The notes: generated by a model not told the origin, from the letters alone. DNA of 64,000 nucleotides from Octopus vulgaris (GCA_951406725.2 OX597838.1:16058001-16122000); one strand, 5' to 3'; positions 13,303 through 30,822 are shown, counted from the first letter of the stretch. A program made the numbers and translations.

Positions 13303-14430
13303 GAAAAGTATAACTGTCACTAAATGCGACTAAGGGCGTCCAGACACCTACATTGCTAGAAATAAGAGCTAAAATGCTTTAATGCTGTAGGAAAAGCACA
13401 TAAATGTATAGATATATGCTTACAGGGGCTGCAGTTGAGAATTACTTAGACTGAACGTTCAATTTCGGCTATTTCCGTAGCTTTTTCCATAAGGACCGCT
13501 CGTTCGGCTGATTCCGAGTTTAATCCTCTATCAGTATATATATATATATATTATATATATATACCATAAAAATTTATGGATGATTTAGCGGATCGCTAAT
13601 GTGTATACAAAAATTAATACAAACAACCATGCGCAATGCGATACCACAATGAAAAAATATAAGTCACTAAACGCGACTAAGGGTATCAAGATACCTACAT
13701 TGCTAGAAATATATGAATTTTATGTTTTCATTAGTGACTAAGGTTCTAGCGTAGAACGATCTGTAATTATTAATAAGTAGTTTTCGACAAATCCTTTAAA
13801 TGAATTATAGTTTGATTAAAACAAATTTATATGTACTCTGATGAGTTCACGTCAATCAATAAAGCCATACGCTTGATTTCCCAAAGAATTAAATTCCACG
13901 TTGACTATTTTACGAGATTGACAATGGACAATTTTTAGTTCAGTTAATACAAACCACTCATTCCGATATCATTTGCCGAGACCGTTCGATTTTGCATGCT
14001 TCTACGTAGTCGCCACTACTTCTTTACCGGTCGTAAAAAGATTTTCTGAAGAAATGATGGCAGGGAAACAAAATTTGGTCGTTGGAGACACAAATAATGT
14101 TATGCAGTAGTGCTAGTCATATATTATTTAATATGTATATGAGATTATTTTTTTGCGTTTAATTTGACCACTAGAGACTAATCTTTTAGCCTCGATGTAT
14201 CCAAAATATAATTGCTTGTCTGGTCTGCTGTGCTTACGTTTTGTTGAAACCTCGACAGGGAAATGCCACCGATATTCCTTCATACATATAGATATGAAAA
14301 ATGGTATCCTTTTTTTCTGCTACGAAGCAATTTTGCAGATGCTTCGATAAGAACCGAAAAATGTATGATATCATACATTATATATAATGTACAGAAGAGG
14401 AAGACGCATAGCTCAGTGGTTAGAGCATCG

Positions 14431-14661
14431 GGCGGCGAGCTGGCAGAAACGTTAGCGCGCCGGGCGAAATGCTTAGCGGTATTTCGTCTGTCGTTAAGTT
14501 CTGAGTTCAAATTCCGCCGAGGTCGACTTTGCCTTTCATCCTTTCGGGGTCGATAAATTAAGTACCAGTTACGCACTGGGGTCGATGTAATCGACTTAAT
14601 CCCTTTGTCTGTCCTTGTTTGTCCCCTCTGTGTTTAGCCCCTTGTGGGTAGTAAAGAAATA
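14431..14661 (+). mobile_element. tRNA-derived SINE family A (Nin-domain-like core), full-length young copy
   Basis: B-box gagttcaaatt, core gcctttcatcctttcggggtcgataaattaagtaccag, TSD ggttagagcatcg (14418-14430, 14662-14674). Confidence 0.9.
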
Positions 14662-15262
14662 GGTTAGAGCATCGGGCTGATAATCATGAGCTAGTGAAAC
14701 TGATTCCCGGACTGGGCTGCGTGATGTGTTCTTGAGCAAGACACTTCATTTCACGTTGCTCCAGTTCACTCAGCTGTAGAAATGAGTTGCAGCGTCACTG
14801 GTGCCAAGTTGTTTCGGCCTTTACCTTTCCCTTGGATAACATTGGTGGCGTGAAGAGGGGAGGCTGGTATGCATGGGCGACTGCTGGTCTTCCATAAACA
14901 ACCTTGCCCGGACTTGTGCCTTGAAGGGTAATTCTCTAGGTGCAATCCCATGGTCATTCATGACAGAAAGGAGTCTTTACAATTTCATTGAACTAGAACT
15001 TATTACGGATCCATATCTTGGTTTCAAAGGGCCAGCAATTTCGAGGGAGGGGGTAAGTCGATTACATCTATCCCTAGACGCAACTGGTACTTATTTTATC
15101 GACCCTCGAAAAAATGAAAGGTTAATCCGATAGCAGAGGAATTTGAATTCCGAACACAAAGACGGACGAAATGCCGTTAAACATTTTGCCCGTCGGGTTA
15201 ACGATTCTGCCAACCTGCTGTCTTATATATCCATACATATATTAATATACATACAATACATA

Positions 15263-15445
15263 TCTTTTTATTTTCTACTTGTTTCAGTCATTAGACTGTG
15301 ATCATGCTGGGGCACCGCCTTGAAGGGTTTTTAGTCAAATAAATCGATCCAGTACTTATTCTTTTAAAGCCTTGTATTATTCTATCAGTCTTTTGCCGAA
15401 CCGCTAAGTTACGGGAAAGTAAACACACCAGGCGGTGGTGGACGA

Positions 15446-15513
<68 letters not shown>

Positions 15514-15771
15514 TACATACATACATACATATATACATACATACATACATACATACATACATACATACATACATACATACATACATACATACATACATAC
15601 ATACATACGACGAGCTTCTTTAAGTTTTCATCTACCAAATCCACTCAGAAGGCTTTGGTCGGCCCGAGGCTATAGTAGAAGACACTTACCCCAGTTACTA
15701 TGTAGTGGGACTGATCCTGGAACCATATGGTTGGGAAGCAAGCTTCTTACCACACAGCCACGCCTGCGCCT
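15263..15771 (-). mobile_element. Family B SINE, full length with expanded (CA)/(CATA) interior
   Basis: Head and tail match 4738-5130. Confidence 0.85.
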
Positions 15772-15894
15772 ATAATTAATATTCCAATATGCGTATTTTA
15801 TAGATGTTATGATGTGTACAGATTTTCGAGTCGTTGCAATTTTGTTTGTATTTCATTGTATGAATATATTTCGATTCATTTCAAGGTCAATGGA

Positions 15895-17066
15895 GAAGGG
15901 ATGTATCTTTTACTCTTTTACTGGCACTGCTAGTAGTCCAGTACAGTTTTAACATCATTAACTGGAAACCTGGACAGGAAGGCAAGAAACTTATTGACAG
16001 CTAAGAACATGCACCACCCAAAAGGAGACGTTGACTTTCTTTACCAACCCAGAAGCAGTGAGAGAAGAGGAATGATGCAATTAGAACTGTGCTATAAGAC
16101 CTCCACCACAGGAATGAACAGGTACTTATCTAGTATAGAGGCCTGAATGCTGCAACTTGTGTGATAACACGAAAGCAGCAGAAAGTTGCATTTTATTGTC
16201 AAGGAAGCTTATAATTTTGCTATGGAACTTGGCATTAATCCTGAATTTGATGAAGAACCTGAAACCACAGCTACCAATCACACAAAAGGAATCAAGCCGG
16301 CTGCAAAAGAGAACGGGCAGAAGTAAATTGAGGAGCGCTGGAGCCAGCAGCCCCTGCATGGACGATATATTCTTCAAAGACAAAATTCTGATGTAGACCA
16401 AGCAAAACCCATCAATGTCTGAGAAGTTCAGGATTGAAAGTAGAGACTGAAGGCTTCATATTGACGGCACAAGATCGAAACTTTCTTACCAGAAGTTATC
16501 AGCCTAACGTTTTCCAAAAAGGTGCTGACCCTGAGCGCAGAGTCTGCGACACATTTGACGAAATAATATATCATCTTGTTTCGGGAGATCCTGTCATGAC
16601 ACCAAACGAATACAAAAATCGCCATGATAGAAAAGCAGAGTATTTACATTGAAAAATATGTAAAAATTGCAAAATTGGTACTCCTAGTAATTGGTATGGA
16701 CATCATTCTGATCAGTCGTTGAAGGTAAAAAGTCACCATTCTCTGGGATTTCCGAATCAACACTATCAGAACGATCCAGAATAATCTATCATACATAATT
16801 ATTGAAAACAAGCAAGAAAATACGTGTAGACAAATAGATGTAAGTGTTCCCACTGATAAAAATATATCTGTAAAGGAAATTGATAACCCCAATAAATATA
16901 AGGGCCTGGAACTGTTCCTGTTATTGTAGGTGTCCTAGGTATGATTAAAAAAAGGGATGTCGGAAAAAATTTAGACAACATCCCAGGAGAACCATGTCTC
17001 AAAGAAATTCAGAAGATTGTGCTGACAAGTACTGCCCAAATCCTCAGAAAAACCCTATCAATTTAA
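15895..17066 (+). mobile_element. Decayed R4/Dong-like non-LTR retrotransposon 3' part (RT thumb, zinc knuckle, restriction-like endonuclease)
   Basis: Across frameshifts: DRKARNLLT...MHHPKGDVD, GLKVETEGFILTAQD, RVC...HLVSG, EYKNRHDR, VTILWDF, IDVSVP, VPVIVGVLG, EIQKIVLTSTA. Confidence 0.85.
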
Positions 17067-17315
17067 ATGTTTGTGTTGTATTATATGAAGGTATTTCGCA
17101 ACTGCGATAGCCACTTACACTCCCCAAGCTTTCAGTTATAACTCAACATCTCTTAACATTCATTTACGCTAATGCACTGGGTGTTTCGGCAAGTGATTGC
17201 AACAAACATGCAGATTAAAGGCAAATAATAATAATGATAGTGATGATGATGATGATGGTGATGATGATGACGACAACAATAACAATAACAATATAATAAT
17301 AGTGACTACAATAAC

Positions 17316-17354
<39 letters not shown>

Positions 17355-17640
17355 CCTTTCTACAAAAGGCACAGGATCTGAAATTTTGGAGGAGGGGACT
17401 AGTCGATTACATCGACCCCAGTGTTTTTCACTGGTGCTTAATTTATCGACCCCGAAAATATGAAAGGGAAAGTCGACCTCGGCGAAATTTGAACTCAGAA
17501 CGTGCCGACGGACGAAATGCTGCTAAGCATTTCGCCCGGCGTGCTAACGTTTCTATCAGCTCGCTACCTTAGATTTAATAATGATAACAACAACAACAAC
17601 AATGATAACAAGGACAACAACAATAACAACAACAATAATG

Positions 17641-17686
<46 letters not shown>

Positions 17687-17763
17687 TAATCCTTTCTACT
17701 ATAGGCACAAGACCTGAAATTTTGGGGAGGAGATTGTCGATTACATCGACCCCAGTACACATC

Positions 17764-17825
<62 letters not shown>

Positions 17826-17972
17826 TCCACAATAGGCTGAAAGCCTGAAATTTTGGGAAGGCCTAAATGTTCAGCTGCCACTTATATTTTATATATTCCG
17901 AAAGGATGAAAGGCAAAGTCGATTTCGACGGCATTTGAATTCAGAACGTATAGTCAGAAGACGAAGATCTTT

Positions 17973-18022
17973 TGCTGAGCGTGGTTTCGATCTACGGACA
18001 CGCTCCTACAGCGCTACTGACT
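17973..18022 (-). pseudogene. Initiator tRNA-Met relic lacking the anticodon arm
   Basis: Minus strand AGTCAGTAGCGCTGTAGGAGCGTG|TCCGTAGATCGAAACCACGCTCAGCA aligns to both ends of eukaryotic tRNA-iMet, including the diagnostic GATCGAAA T-loop. Confidence 0.65.
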
Positions 18023-18217
18023 TCAAAATGTTTGTACAAGGAGAGCAATCTTAACGGGAGGGGGTAGTCAATTGCATCGATCCCAGTAATTAACTGGTAC
18101 TTTATTATATTGCTCTCCCCCCCACCCCCCAGAAGGATGAAAGGCAACGCTGACTTCGGTCCGGTTTGAACTCAGAACGTAAGGAGCCAGAAGAAATGTC
18201 GCTAAGAATTTTGCCCG

Positions 18218-18287
<70 letters not shown>

Positions 18288-18309
18288 TGATAATAATAAT
18301 AATAATAAT

Positions 18310-18549
18310 AAATAAATGCACCCTTTTAAAGCATAGCCAGGCTCATGGGCCCGGTTTCCCGGTTTCTATGGCGTATGTGTTCCCCAGCTGGACGGGACGC
18401 CAGTCCATCGCAGCGTTACACATTTTTGCCAGCTGAGTGAAATGAAGTGTTTTGCTCAAGAACACAACGCGTCGCCCGGTCTAGGAATCGAAACCACAAT
18501 CTTACGATCATAATGTTGACACTCTAACCACTAAGCCACGCGCCTCCAC

Positions 18550-18550
<1 letters not shown>
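18310..18550 (-). mobile_element. tRNA-derived SINE family C (core gcgatggactggcgtcccgtccag, Meta/V-SINE-like)
   Basis: A box tggcttagtgg and B box gtttcgattcc. A near-identical truncated copy is at 9175-9390(+), and a related head and body at 14397-14980. Confidence 0.8.
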
Positions 18551-18610
<60 letters not shown>

Positions 18611-19019
18611 TCTATTATAGGCTCAAGGCCTGAAATATGGTGAGGAGGGGGATAGTCGATTACATCGACGCCAGTGTATCACTGGTACTTATTTTATCGA
18701 CCCTGAAAATTTGAACTCAGAATGTAGCGACGGACAAAACACCACTAAATATTTTTTGCTCAGCATGCTAACGATTCTGTCAGCTCGCCATCTTGATAAT
18801 AATGATAATAATAATAATGATGATGATGATGATATTAATAATAATAAATAATAATAATAATAATATAATAATGATAATAATAATAATAATAATAATAATA
18901 ATCCTTTCTATTATAAGCACAAGGCCTGAAATATAGGGGGTAGGGAGGGGGATAGTCGATTACATCGACGCCAGTGTATCACTGGTACTTGTTTTATCGA
19001 CCCTGAAAAGACGAAAGGC

Positions 19020-19050
<31 letters not shown>

Positions 19051-19410
19051 ACTGCAACGAAATTTGAACTCAGAACGTAGCGACGGACAAAACACCACGA
19101 AGCATTTTTTGGCCAGCATGCTAACGATTCTGCCAGCTCCAGACAATAATAATGATAATAATGATGATGATGATGATGATACTAATGGTATTAATATTTA
19201 CAATTGCAAAATAGAATTCGGTTTGCGCTTACTGTTTGCTTGCTCTTCTTGTTCTTCTGTTCCCGTTAAGTGTCTCCTATCTGAGACGTTGATGGTTCAC
19301 TGCCAAGCGATGTTATGGTACAATGATGCCGTCTACCTGTCACATATATATATACATATATATGTTTGTATGCATTCATATGTCCACACATATATATATG
19401 TATAAACACA

Positions 19411-19457
<47 letters not shown>

Positions 19458-19982
19458 CATACATACACGTATGCGCGCATTCGTACCCACTCATATTGTG
19501 TGTGCTTCTAGATGTGCGCCAATAAATGCTTCCGTGGTGGTGGGCAGATAATCAACAGGAATAAGGAGGATGTCGATAGGAGGAGGGGTCGGTGGGTTGA
19601 GGAAAAGTGAAAGAAGAGGAGGAGGCAGGAGTGGAAGAGGAGGTAGAGGCGGTGTTAAAATGATAATAGAAAAATAATGACAATTGAAAGAAATCGCCCC
19701 ACCTCGCCCTAAATGATAGTGGGAATTATGGAGGGAAAAAAAAGAAAGAAAGAAAGAAAGAAAGAAAGGAAAGAGTTAAATGAAGGAAAACATTTCCGCC
19801 TCTCAGCTCAGGACCACCACTTCAGACAGCACTCCACAACCACCGAAACAACTGCCACCATCACCCCTTCTACTAACGTCAACAGTAGCACCAACACTAA
19901 CCATTACCATCACCATCACCATAACTACCACCAATCATACCCCACAAAACCTTCCCTCTAAAGTTAAACGAAAATCTATACA

Positions 19983-23809
<3,827 letters not shown>

Positions 23810-25351
23810 GGGAATAATAAAAAAGAGAGCGTCTGTTTTATTAGAAGCTATGTGTATGTTCTTTTAGAAGTTTCTGTATTCTGAGCTTCGGTTTCCGATT
23901 GATCACACGGAAGAATTTTAAGGGCAATATAACGATGTATTACGGTAAAAAATATTCGCTAACTCATCGAAATATAATACGTCTACACTAGATCAGGATT
24001 TGATTTTAAATTAGTGGACGACAAATATGAAAAAAAAATGTACCATGCATTCATCTGTTTAATGTTGCAGAACGTTTTATTATCTTCAGTTCTATGCGTA
24101 TGTAACACACGAATAGATGCACAAATGATCATCATTATATGAAGATCGTAAAAGATCTCTTCAGTTATGAAAATATAAGTATAAGTATGAATGTGTTGAT
24201 GAAGTTTTGTAAATTTCACAAAATATAAAAAATCCTCATCAGGCAAAGATATCAGATCTTTACCAACAATAGTGCTTATGTGAACTACTGTCACACCAAA
24301 AACTTTGCTGCTTCTATTGACACTATGAAAAAAGAAAATGTTTTAGTACGAGCATACAAAACATCTTATTTATGTAATGGAAATAAATTTGATATTTGCC
24401 CCCTCAATAATGAGAGTCATTCTAGATGACAGTGAAAGAAAAAGCTATATAGAAGTTACTAAAAAATCCATTAAAAGACAATAATTACAACATATGTATG
24501 CATTCAGATACTAAAACAGACTTCTCTCCAATTCAGTATCTAAGATCTAAGCTTAAGGAGTATCTAAGTTTAAAGAGTGATAATATTGAAAATAAGATCA
24601 ATCTATCTATTATACGGCACATGTCCCATTATATCCTGTTCCAGACGGTGCCATTGCACCCTTTGGGAATTTCAAAAAGAAAAAAAAAAATGAAGAAAAA
24701 TCTTGGGAATTCTTGCCGGCATTTCTAAAACAATTTGTTGACAAATTTTGGGCTGACTAAAATTTTTTGTTTACCACATAATGGATTTTCGCCAACCCGA
24801 GAAGTAGCTATATAATGTAAAGAAAGTATTCATTCATCCATCAATAGAAATGAGCCTCTTATCTTTTGTGTTTTATACACACAATAGCGAAAGCATGAAA
24901 ACATCACATGCTTTCATAAGGATAGATTTGAAAAAAAAAGAAAAAAAAGCATCACACAATCTACACATAACAGAAATAAAGAAATGTGTGAGGCATTTCC
25001 AATTTTTTTTCTCGATAAATAATCACATTAGGATGTACTGTTGGCTTTTCATATTCCGATGTGCTTGGGAATATTTTTGCTTATATATTGTCTTCTTGCT
25101 TCCTTACTTTAATTACTTAAAATGTCTGAAAAGTGAAACTAAAAATTATATCGGCGCAGGCGCTGCCGAATAGTAAGAAGCTTGCTTCCCAACCACGTGG
25201 TTCCGAGTTCAGTAACACCTTCGGCAAGTGTCTTCTACTATAACCTCGGGCCGACTAAAGCCTTGTGAATGGATTTGGTAGACGGAACCTGAAAGAAGCC
25301 CGTCGTATGTATGTGTCTGTGTGTGTGTGTGTTTGTGTGTGTGTATTTGTG

Positions 25352-25384
<33 letters not shown>

Positions 25385-25666
25385 TTGTGTGTATGTGTGT
25401 TTGTGTGTTTGTGTGTGTGTGTTTGTGTGTGTGTGTGCGTTTATGTGTGTGTGTGCGTTTGTGTGTGTGTGTATATGTGTGTATATGTGTGTGTGTGTAT
25501 ATATGTGTGTGTGTTTGTGTGTGTATGTGTGTTTGTGTGTGTGTGTGTGTGTGCGCGCGCGTTTGTGTGTTTGTGTGTGTGTGTGTTTGTGTGTGTGTGT
25601 TTGTGTGTGTATATGTGTGTGTGTATATGTGTTTGTGTGTGTATTTGTGTGTGTATATGTGTGTGT

Positions 25667-25713
<47 letters not shown>

Positions 25714-25724
25714 CTTGAGTATTC

Positions 25725-25942
25725 ACCATGCTTTTTGACAAAGCTTGGTGCAATATTTCTCCTCGATGCGTTCGGTCATCTTGCGTGTAAACGAAAAACC
25801 GACGAGCGCGCACTAGACGTCTGTACTCTTGGCGTAGCAGTCCAAAACTGTCGCGGCCCAGCAGGAAGGGTAGCATCACCAGCCACGCGGCATTAGTTTT
25901 GGCGGGAACAAATAAAGACGGATGCTTTTTGAACGCACCTCG
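25725..25942 (-). mobile_element. Mariner 5' end fragment
   Basis: TA + cgaggtgcgttcaaaaag TIR, then ATG at 25779 reading MTERIEEKYCTKLCQK, similar to the mariner N-terminal EQRYCIKFC. Confidence 0.7.
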
Positions 25943-25949
25943 TATATAT

Positions 25950-26368
25950 TTTTTATCTTTTGTCTGTTACTTGCTTCAGTCATGCTGGAGCACTACCTTG
26001 AAGACATTTTAGTTCAATGAGTTGACCTCAGTACTTATTTTTGTTGCTAAGCCTTAGTACTTATTTTATCGGACTCTCTTTTGCCGAACCGCTAAGCCAC
26101 GGGGACGTAAACACACAAAGCCGGTTGTCAAGCAGGTGAGGGACAAAGACACACGCAAACACGCTCACACACACACACACACGCACACACACATACGCAC
26201 ACACACACATACGCACGCACACACACACACGAACACACACATAAATAAAGGTATATACACAACGTCTTCTTTCAGTTTCCCTCTGCAACATACACTCACA
26301 AGGTTTGGGACGGCCCGAGGTTGTAGTAGAAGACTCTTGCCCAAGGTGCCACGCAGTAGGACTGAACT
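25950..26368 (-). mobile_element. Family B SINE
   Basis: Head and tail match 4738-5130. Confidence 0.8.
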
Positions 26369-26460
26369 AGATATGTGTGTGTGTGTATGTATGTATGTAT
26401 GTATGTATGTATGTGTGTATATATATATATGTATATATATATGTATATATATATGTATAT

Positions 26461-26552
<92 letters not shown>

Positions 26553-27746
26553 CAAATTTACAGAAAAGAAATGACGAAGACAGGTGTAGGAACAATAAGC
26601 AGGTATTAGTATTAGTATAAAGCTCGGGAAGAATTGAAGTCTTTTACATGTATGTATGTATGTATGCATGTACTTATATATATACATGTCTTATGTACAG
26701 ACATACGTGTGTGTGTGTGAATACATGTGTCGGCCTGTCTGCCTGTCTACCACTCTCTGTTGTGTTTGTGTACATTCACATCGGGATTCTGTTAAACTAC
26801 AACTTATTGCTTTCTTTATCTTATTTGCATTGTTTTACACCTCGCATATTTATCAAAACAACACCTACTTTACATACACACACGCGGCGCGCGCGGCGTG
26901 CACACACACGTACAAACACATACAAGCACATGCACACGAACACACACACACACATACACACACACAGACACACACACACACACACAATCTGGCTAATCTG
27001 TCTGGTTGTATCTATTATATAACAGTTTCCTGATTATGTTTAAGGCTGGTGAAGAAGCCGTTCCAAAATTCTTTTCTCCAAGAAATATTCCAAATCTCGT
27101 TAAACGATAGGTTTAAAGACCCAAATTGGTTTCCTTAGTTTTCCTTCTTCTTTGATTTTCTGTTTGATGGTTTTGCAGGGATTTTTTTTTTCTTTTTTCT
27201 GTTCTGGCATTTTAGTTTTTATAGAATCTATTTGTGTTCTGCATTACACCTGGTTTTTAAAGAGAATGGAGTTAATCTGTTGATATATATATATATATAT
27301 ATATATGTATTTTGATTATATATATATATATAATCAAAATAAGCAACGGGATATCAATTAGTAATGCAGTACGACCGTTTCAAGCTGCTCCATTTAATTG
27401 ATCAATGCAATCATGACGTCAATTTAAATGCAGTGCCATTTTCAGCTGCACAAATAAATAAATGGAATTTTAATAAGTAGGACACATTAATATAATTTTT
27501 ACTTAAATATTTTCACAGAGCAAGAAGATGGAAGAAATTCATGTTGTCGCTATTGTAGCTAAGAATAGACTACAACTTCTAAGAACCGCATGAAGCGTAG
27601 TGGTGTCATAGGGTTGTAAGGGTTATTCATTTCTAATTCATTTATCGCTATAGTAGAAGACACTTGCCTAAGGTGCCACGCATTGGGACTGAACCCGGAA
27701 CCATGTGGTTGGTAAAGAAGCTACTTACCACACAGCCACTCCTGCG

Positions 27747-27788
<42 letters not shown>

Positions 27789-28016
27789 TGTTTATCAAAT
27801 CCAAGCTGTAATGTTTAATTTGTTTATCTGCATAATTGCCTCCATATCTGCTAACATGGATTCCCCTTAAAGCCACTCTTTACTCCACGGAACTGGTCCC
27901 CCGTAAACAAATACGAGTCTAAGTTCATTTGAGCACCACTGTTTTTTTTTTTATAACGGGAAACTCTGGATCTCATCTGTTGACTATATACATACATACA
28001 CACATACATCATACAT

Positions 28017-28110
<94 letters not shown>

Positions 28111-28229
28111 GTGCATGTATATACATATATATACATATATAAATAGATATATACACACTTATTATATATATCCTTTTGTACCTGTATGTATATATATATA
28201 TATATATATTAATACACACTCAGATACAA

Positions 28230-28312
<83 letters not shown>

Positions 28313-28704
28313 TGTATGTATATATATGTAAGTATGTATAATCTAATCCCTGGATTGATCGTCTGCATTGTTGTTGCTGAAGGATTTGCGTTAAGTCCAC
28401 AATGGCTTACGTATCGTTACTTCTCGGAAGAAGAAAGATTAAGAGTTAGTTTGAATGCTTACTGAGAAATTAGTTATTATACCAAACACATCGTTAATGT
28501 TAGTGTGTGTGTGTGGGGGGGGTCTGTGCGTATGTGTGTGTCTGTTCGGGCGTGCACGCATGTGTATGTATATGTGTGTGATTTTTTGTGTGTGCGTGCG
28601 TGTACATGTATGTAAATATGTATTTATGTAAAGATGAATGGATGGATGAATGAATTCATGTCTGCTGTAGCCACATTTACTCGTACGTACACATGTAATA
28701 CTAT

Positions 28705-28738
<34 letters not shown>

Positions 28739-28895
28739 TCATATAGACACACAAGAATGTACAAGTGTATACCTGTGCATGTATATATTTGCATAGTATT
28801 TGTATGCAATTATGATAATCTGAAGATGATTAATGAAATCTACATACATTTGCATATATACATAGGTAAATACACACACCATACCTGTCTATGTA

Positions 28896-28927
<32 letters not shown>

Positions 28928-29288
28928 ACTGTCTGTCTGTCTATCTGTCTGTCTGTCTGTCAGTCTATCTGTCTATCTATCTATCTATCTATCTGTTTTT
29001 TTGGGGTTTTTTTTTCATTTCTCTTTTTTTGTTCCTTTTCCTTTTTTTAAAGTTTTTTTATTTTTTTATTTTTTGTTCTTTTTTTCCCTTTTACGATCCC
29101 TTTTGATCGAAAAACTACGCCACCTTTTTTTCTTGTTTTTTTTTGTTTTTTGTTTTTGTTTTTTTTCATCCCATAAAAGAAAAGCTCTACCTTGTAACTT
29201 GTCCCATCTGTGTGCAGCCCTGTGTGGCCAATAAAGAAACTTATATCTACCTACCTGACAGACAGATAGATAGATAGATAGATAGATC

Positions 29289-29323
<35 letters not shown>

Positions 29324-29414
29324 GGTGGGTCAGTAAGGCAGACAGACAGATATACAGATATATGTTTTATATATGTCGCCGATAGCTATGTCTTCTCTAA
29401 CTTTGGATCTAGAT

Positions 29415-29584
29415 AAGGGGTCCCCAAACTTTTATGACCATCGACCCCTTCATGGAATCCTTGACCCCCCCCCCTCATCGACTCCCAGGCATGTACAATA
29501 AAACAAATAAAAAACAATAATAATAATAACTAAGTACATGTGCATTTATCGACCCCTTTAATAGTCCCACTTTCGTGATCCCTG
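29415..29584. mobile_element. hAT (Charlie-like) MITE
   Basis: Exact 8-bp TSD atctagat (29407-29414, 29585-29592); ends aggggtccccaaac / tttcgtgatccctg. Confidence 0.75.
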
Positions 29585-29783
29585 ATCTAGATGCTTAGAC
29601 AGATGTGTATCTATACGCATTGACCCACTCCCGCTCGTCTCTGTATGTCTATGTGTGTGCGCGCGTGCGCGTGAATCTATTTGTAAATATATCTATATAT
29701 ACATCGATGCCACATGGTTATCGTATATATGTTTGCGTGTGTATGTTTGAATATGTGTATGTATGTGAATGAGTATATGCGTA

Positions 29784-30004
29784 CGAGGATGTGCTGAATA
29801 GTTCCTGGCGTTAAGGGGGCCGCGAGAGGCCAGGTTAGAGGCCCAACCTTCCCGAGTTCTTTTACAGGGCTTAGAAAAACTGAAGGGCCGCTACAGTGGG
29901 TGTGTGGATCTGAGACGGGAATATGTTGGATAAAATCTTAACTGATCCTCCTATACCTGTTTTTTTTTTTTGCCCAGAACCAGGAACTTTTGAGCATTCC
30001 CTCG
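29784..30004 (+). mobile_element. Mariner MITE
   Basis: TIRs cgaggatgtgctgaatagttcctgg / ccaggaacttttgagcattccctcg, TA flanks; interior matches 2950-3060. Confidence 0.85.
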
Positions 30005-30694
30005 TATATGCGTTTCAATGTGTGTGTCCGTTTCAATGTGTTTATTTAAATGTGTGTGTTTGCATGTGTATTTGTATGCACTGCATGAGCGAGTGTGTCT
30101 GCATTTGTGTTCCTCAAACACCAAAAAAAAAAAAACAACAAAGGGGAAAACAGATAATGTAGTCCTAGATGCACTAAAAAAAACTGTGTGGCAAAAACTG
30201 AAACAGGTTTAGTAATCAGAGATCTGCTGGAGCAAGGCTGACCAGGAGTTAAACAATAACAACAACAGCAGCAACAACAACAACAGCAGCAGTGTTAATC
30301 ACAAGTGATTATATTAAGCGTTTCAAACACGCACGAACATTCATTAATACTGTTGCCATTAATATAATTATCGATCCCATAAGGATGAAAGGGAAAACGA
30401 CAGCCCCGGCGGGATTTAAACTCAGAACTTAAATGGCCGTAATTAAATTCTAGAATGCATTTGGTCCTTCGTACTCACTGTCATACGTTGCCCTGAGCAC
30501 GAGGTCACACGTTTCTGGAAATGGGAGGTGGTAAAACAGGGTTCGATTGACACCCTTAGCACTTGAATTGGTCATTATATGCAAGTGAGAGAGCATCTAC
30601 AACGAAGTCACTTCATGTGCAAGAAATAGCGGCAAAATATCCCTCAAATCACCACTTACCGTTTTATAGCAGAAAGAATACATTTTATATATAC

Positions 30695-30740
<46 letters not shown>

Positions 30741-30822
30741 GTGTGTGTGTGTGTGTGTGTGCGAAACCAAATTAAATCAGCCCAAGTACTTGACTAGCTC
30801 TTTATTTTTTAATATATTTTAT

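Larger units (their letters stand above)
17353..19140 (-). mobile_element. Cluster of about six family A SINEs plus one family C SINE embedded in (TAA)n
   Basis: Repeated gtcgattacatcgac and gaaaggcaaagtcgac...tttgaactcagaacg units separated by TAA runs. Confidence 0.85.

Noticed and set aside
14400-14720. tRNA gene-like A and B boxes; also at 18480-18550 and 25155-25215
   Set aside because: These are SINE heads followed by SINE bodies, with no complete cloverleaf.
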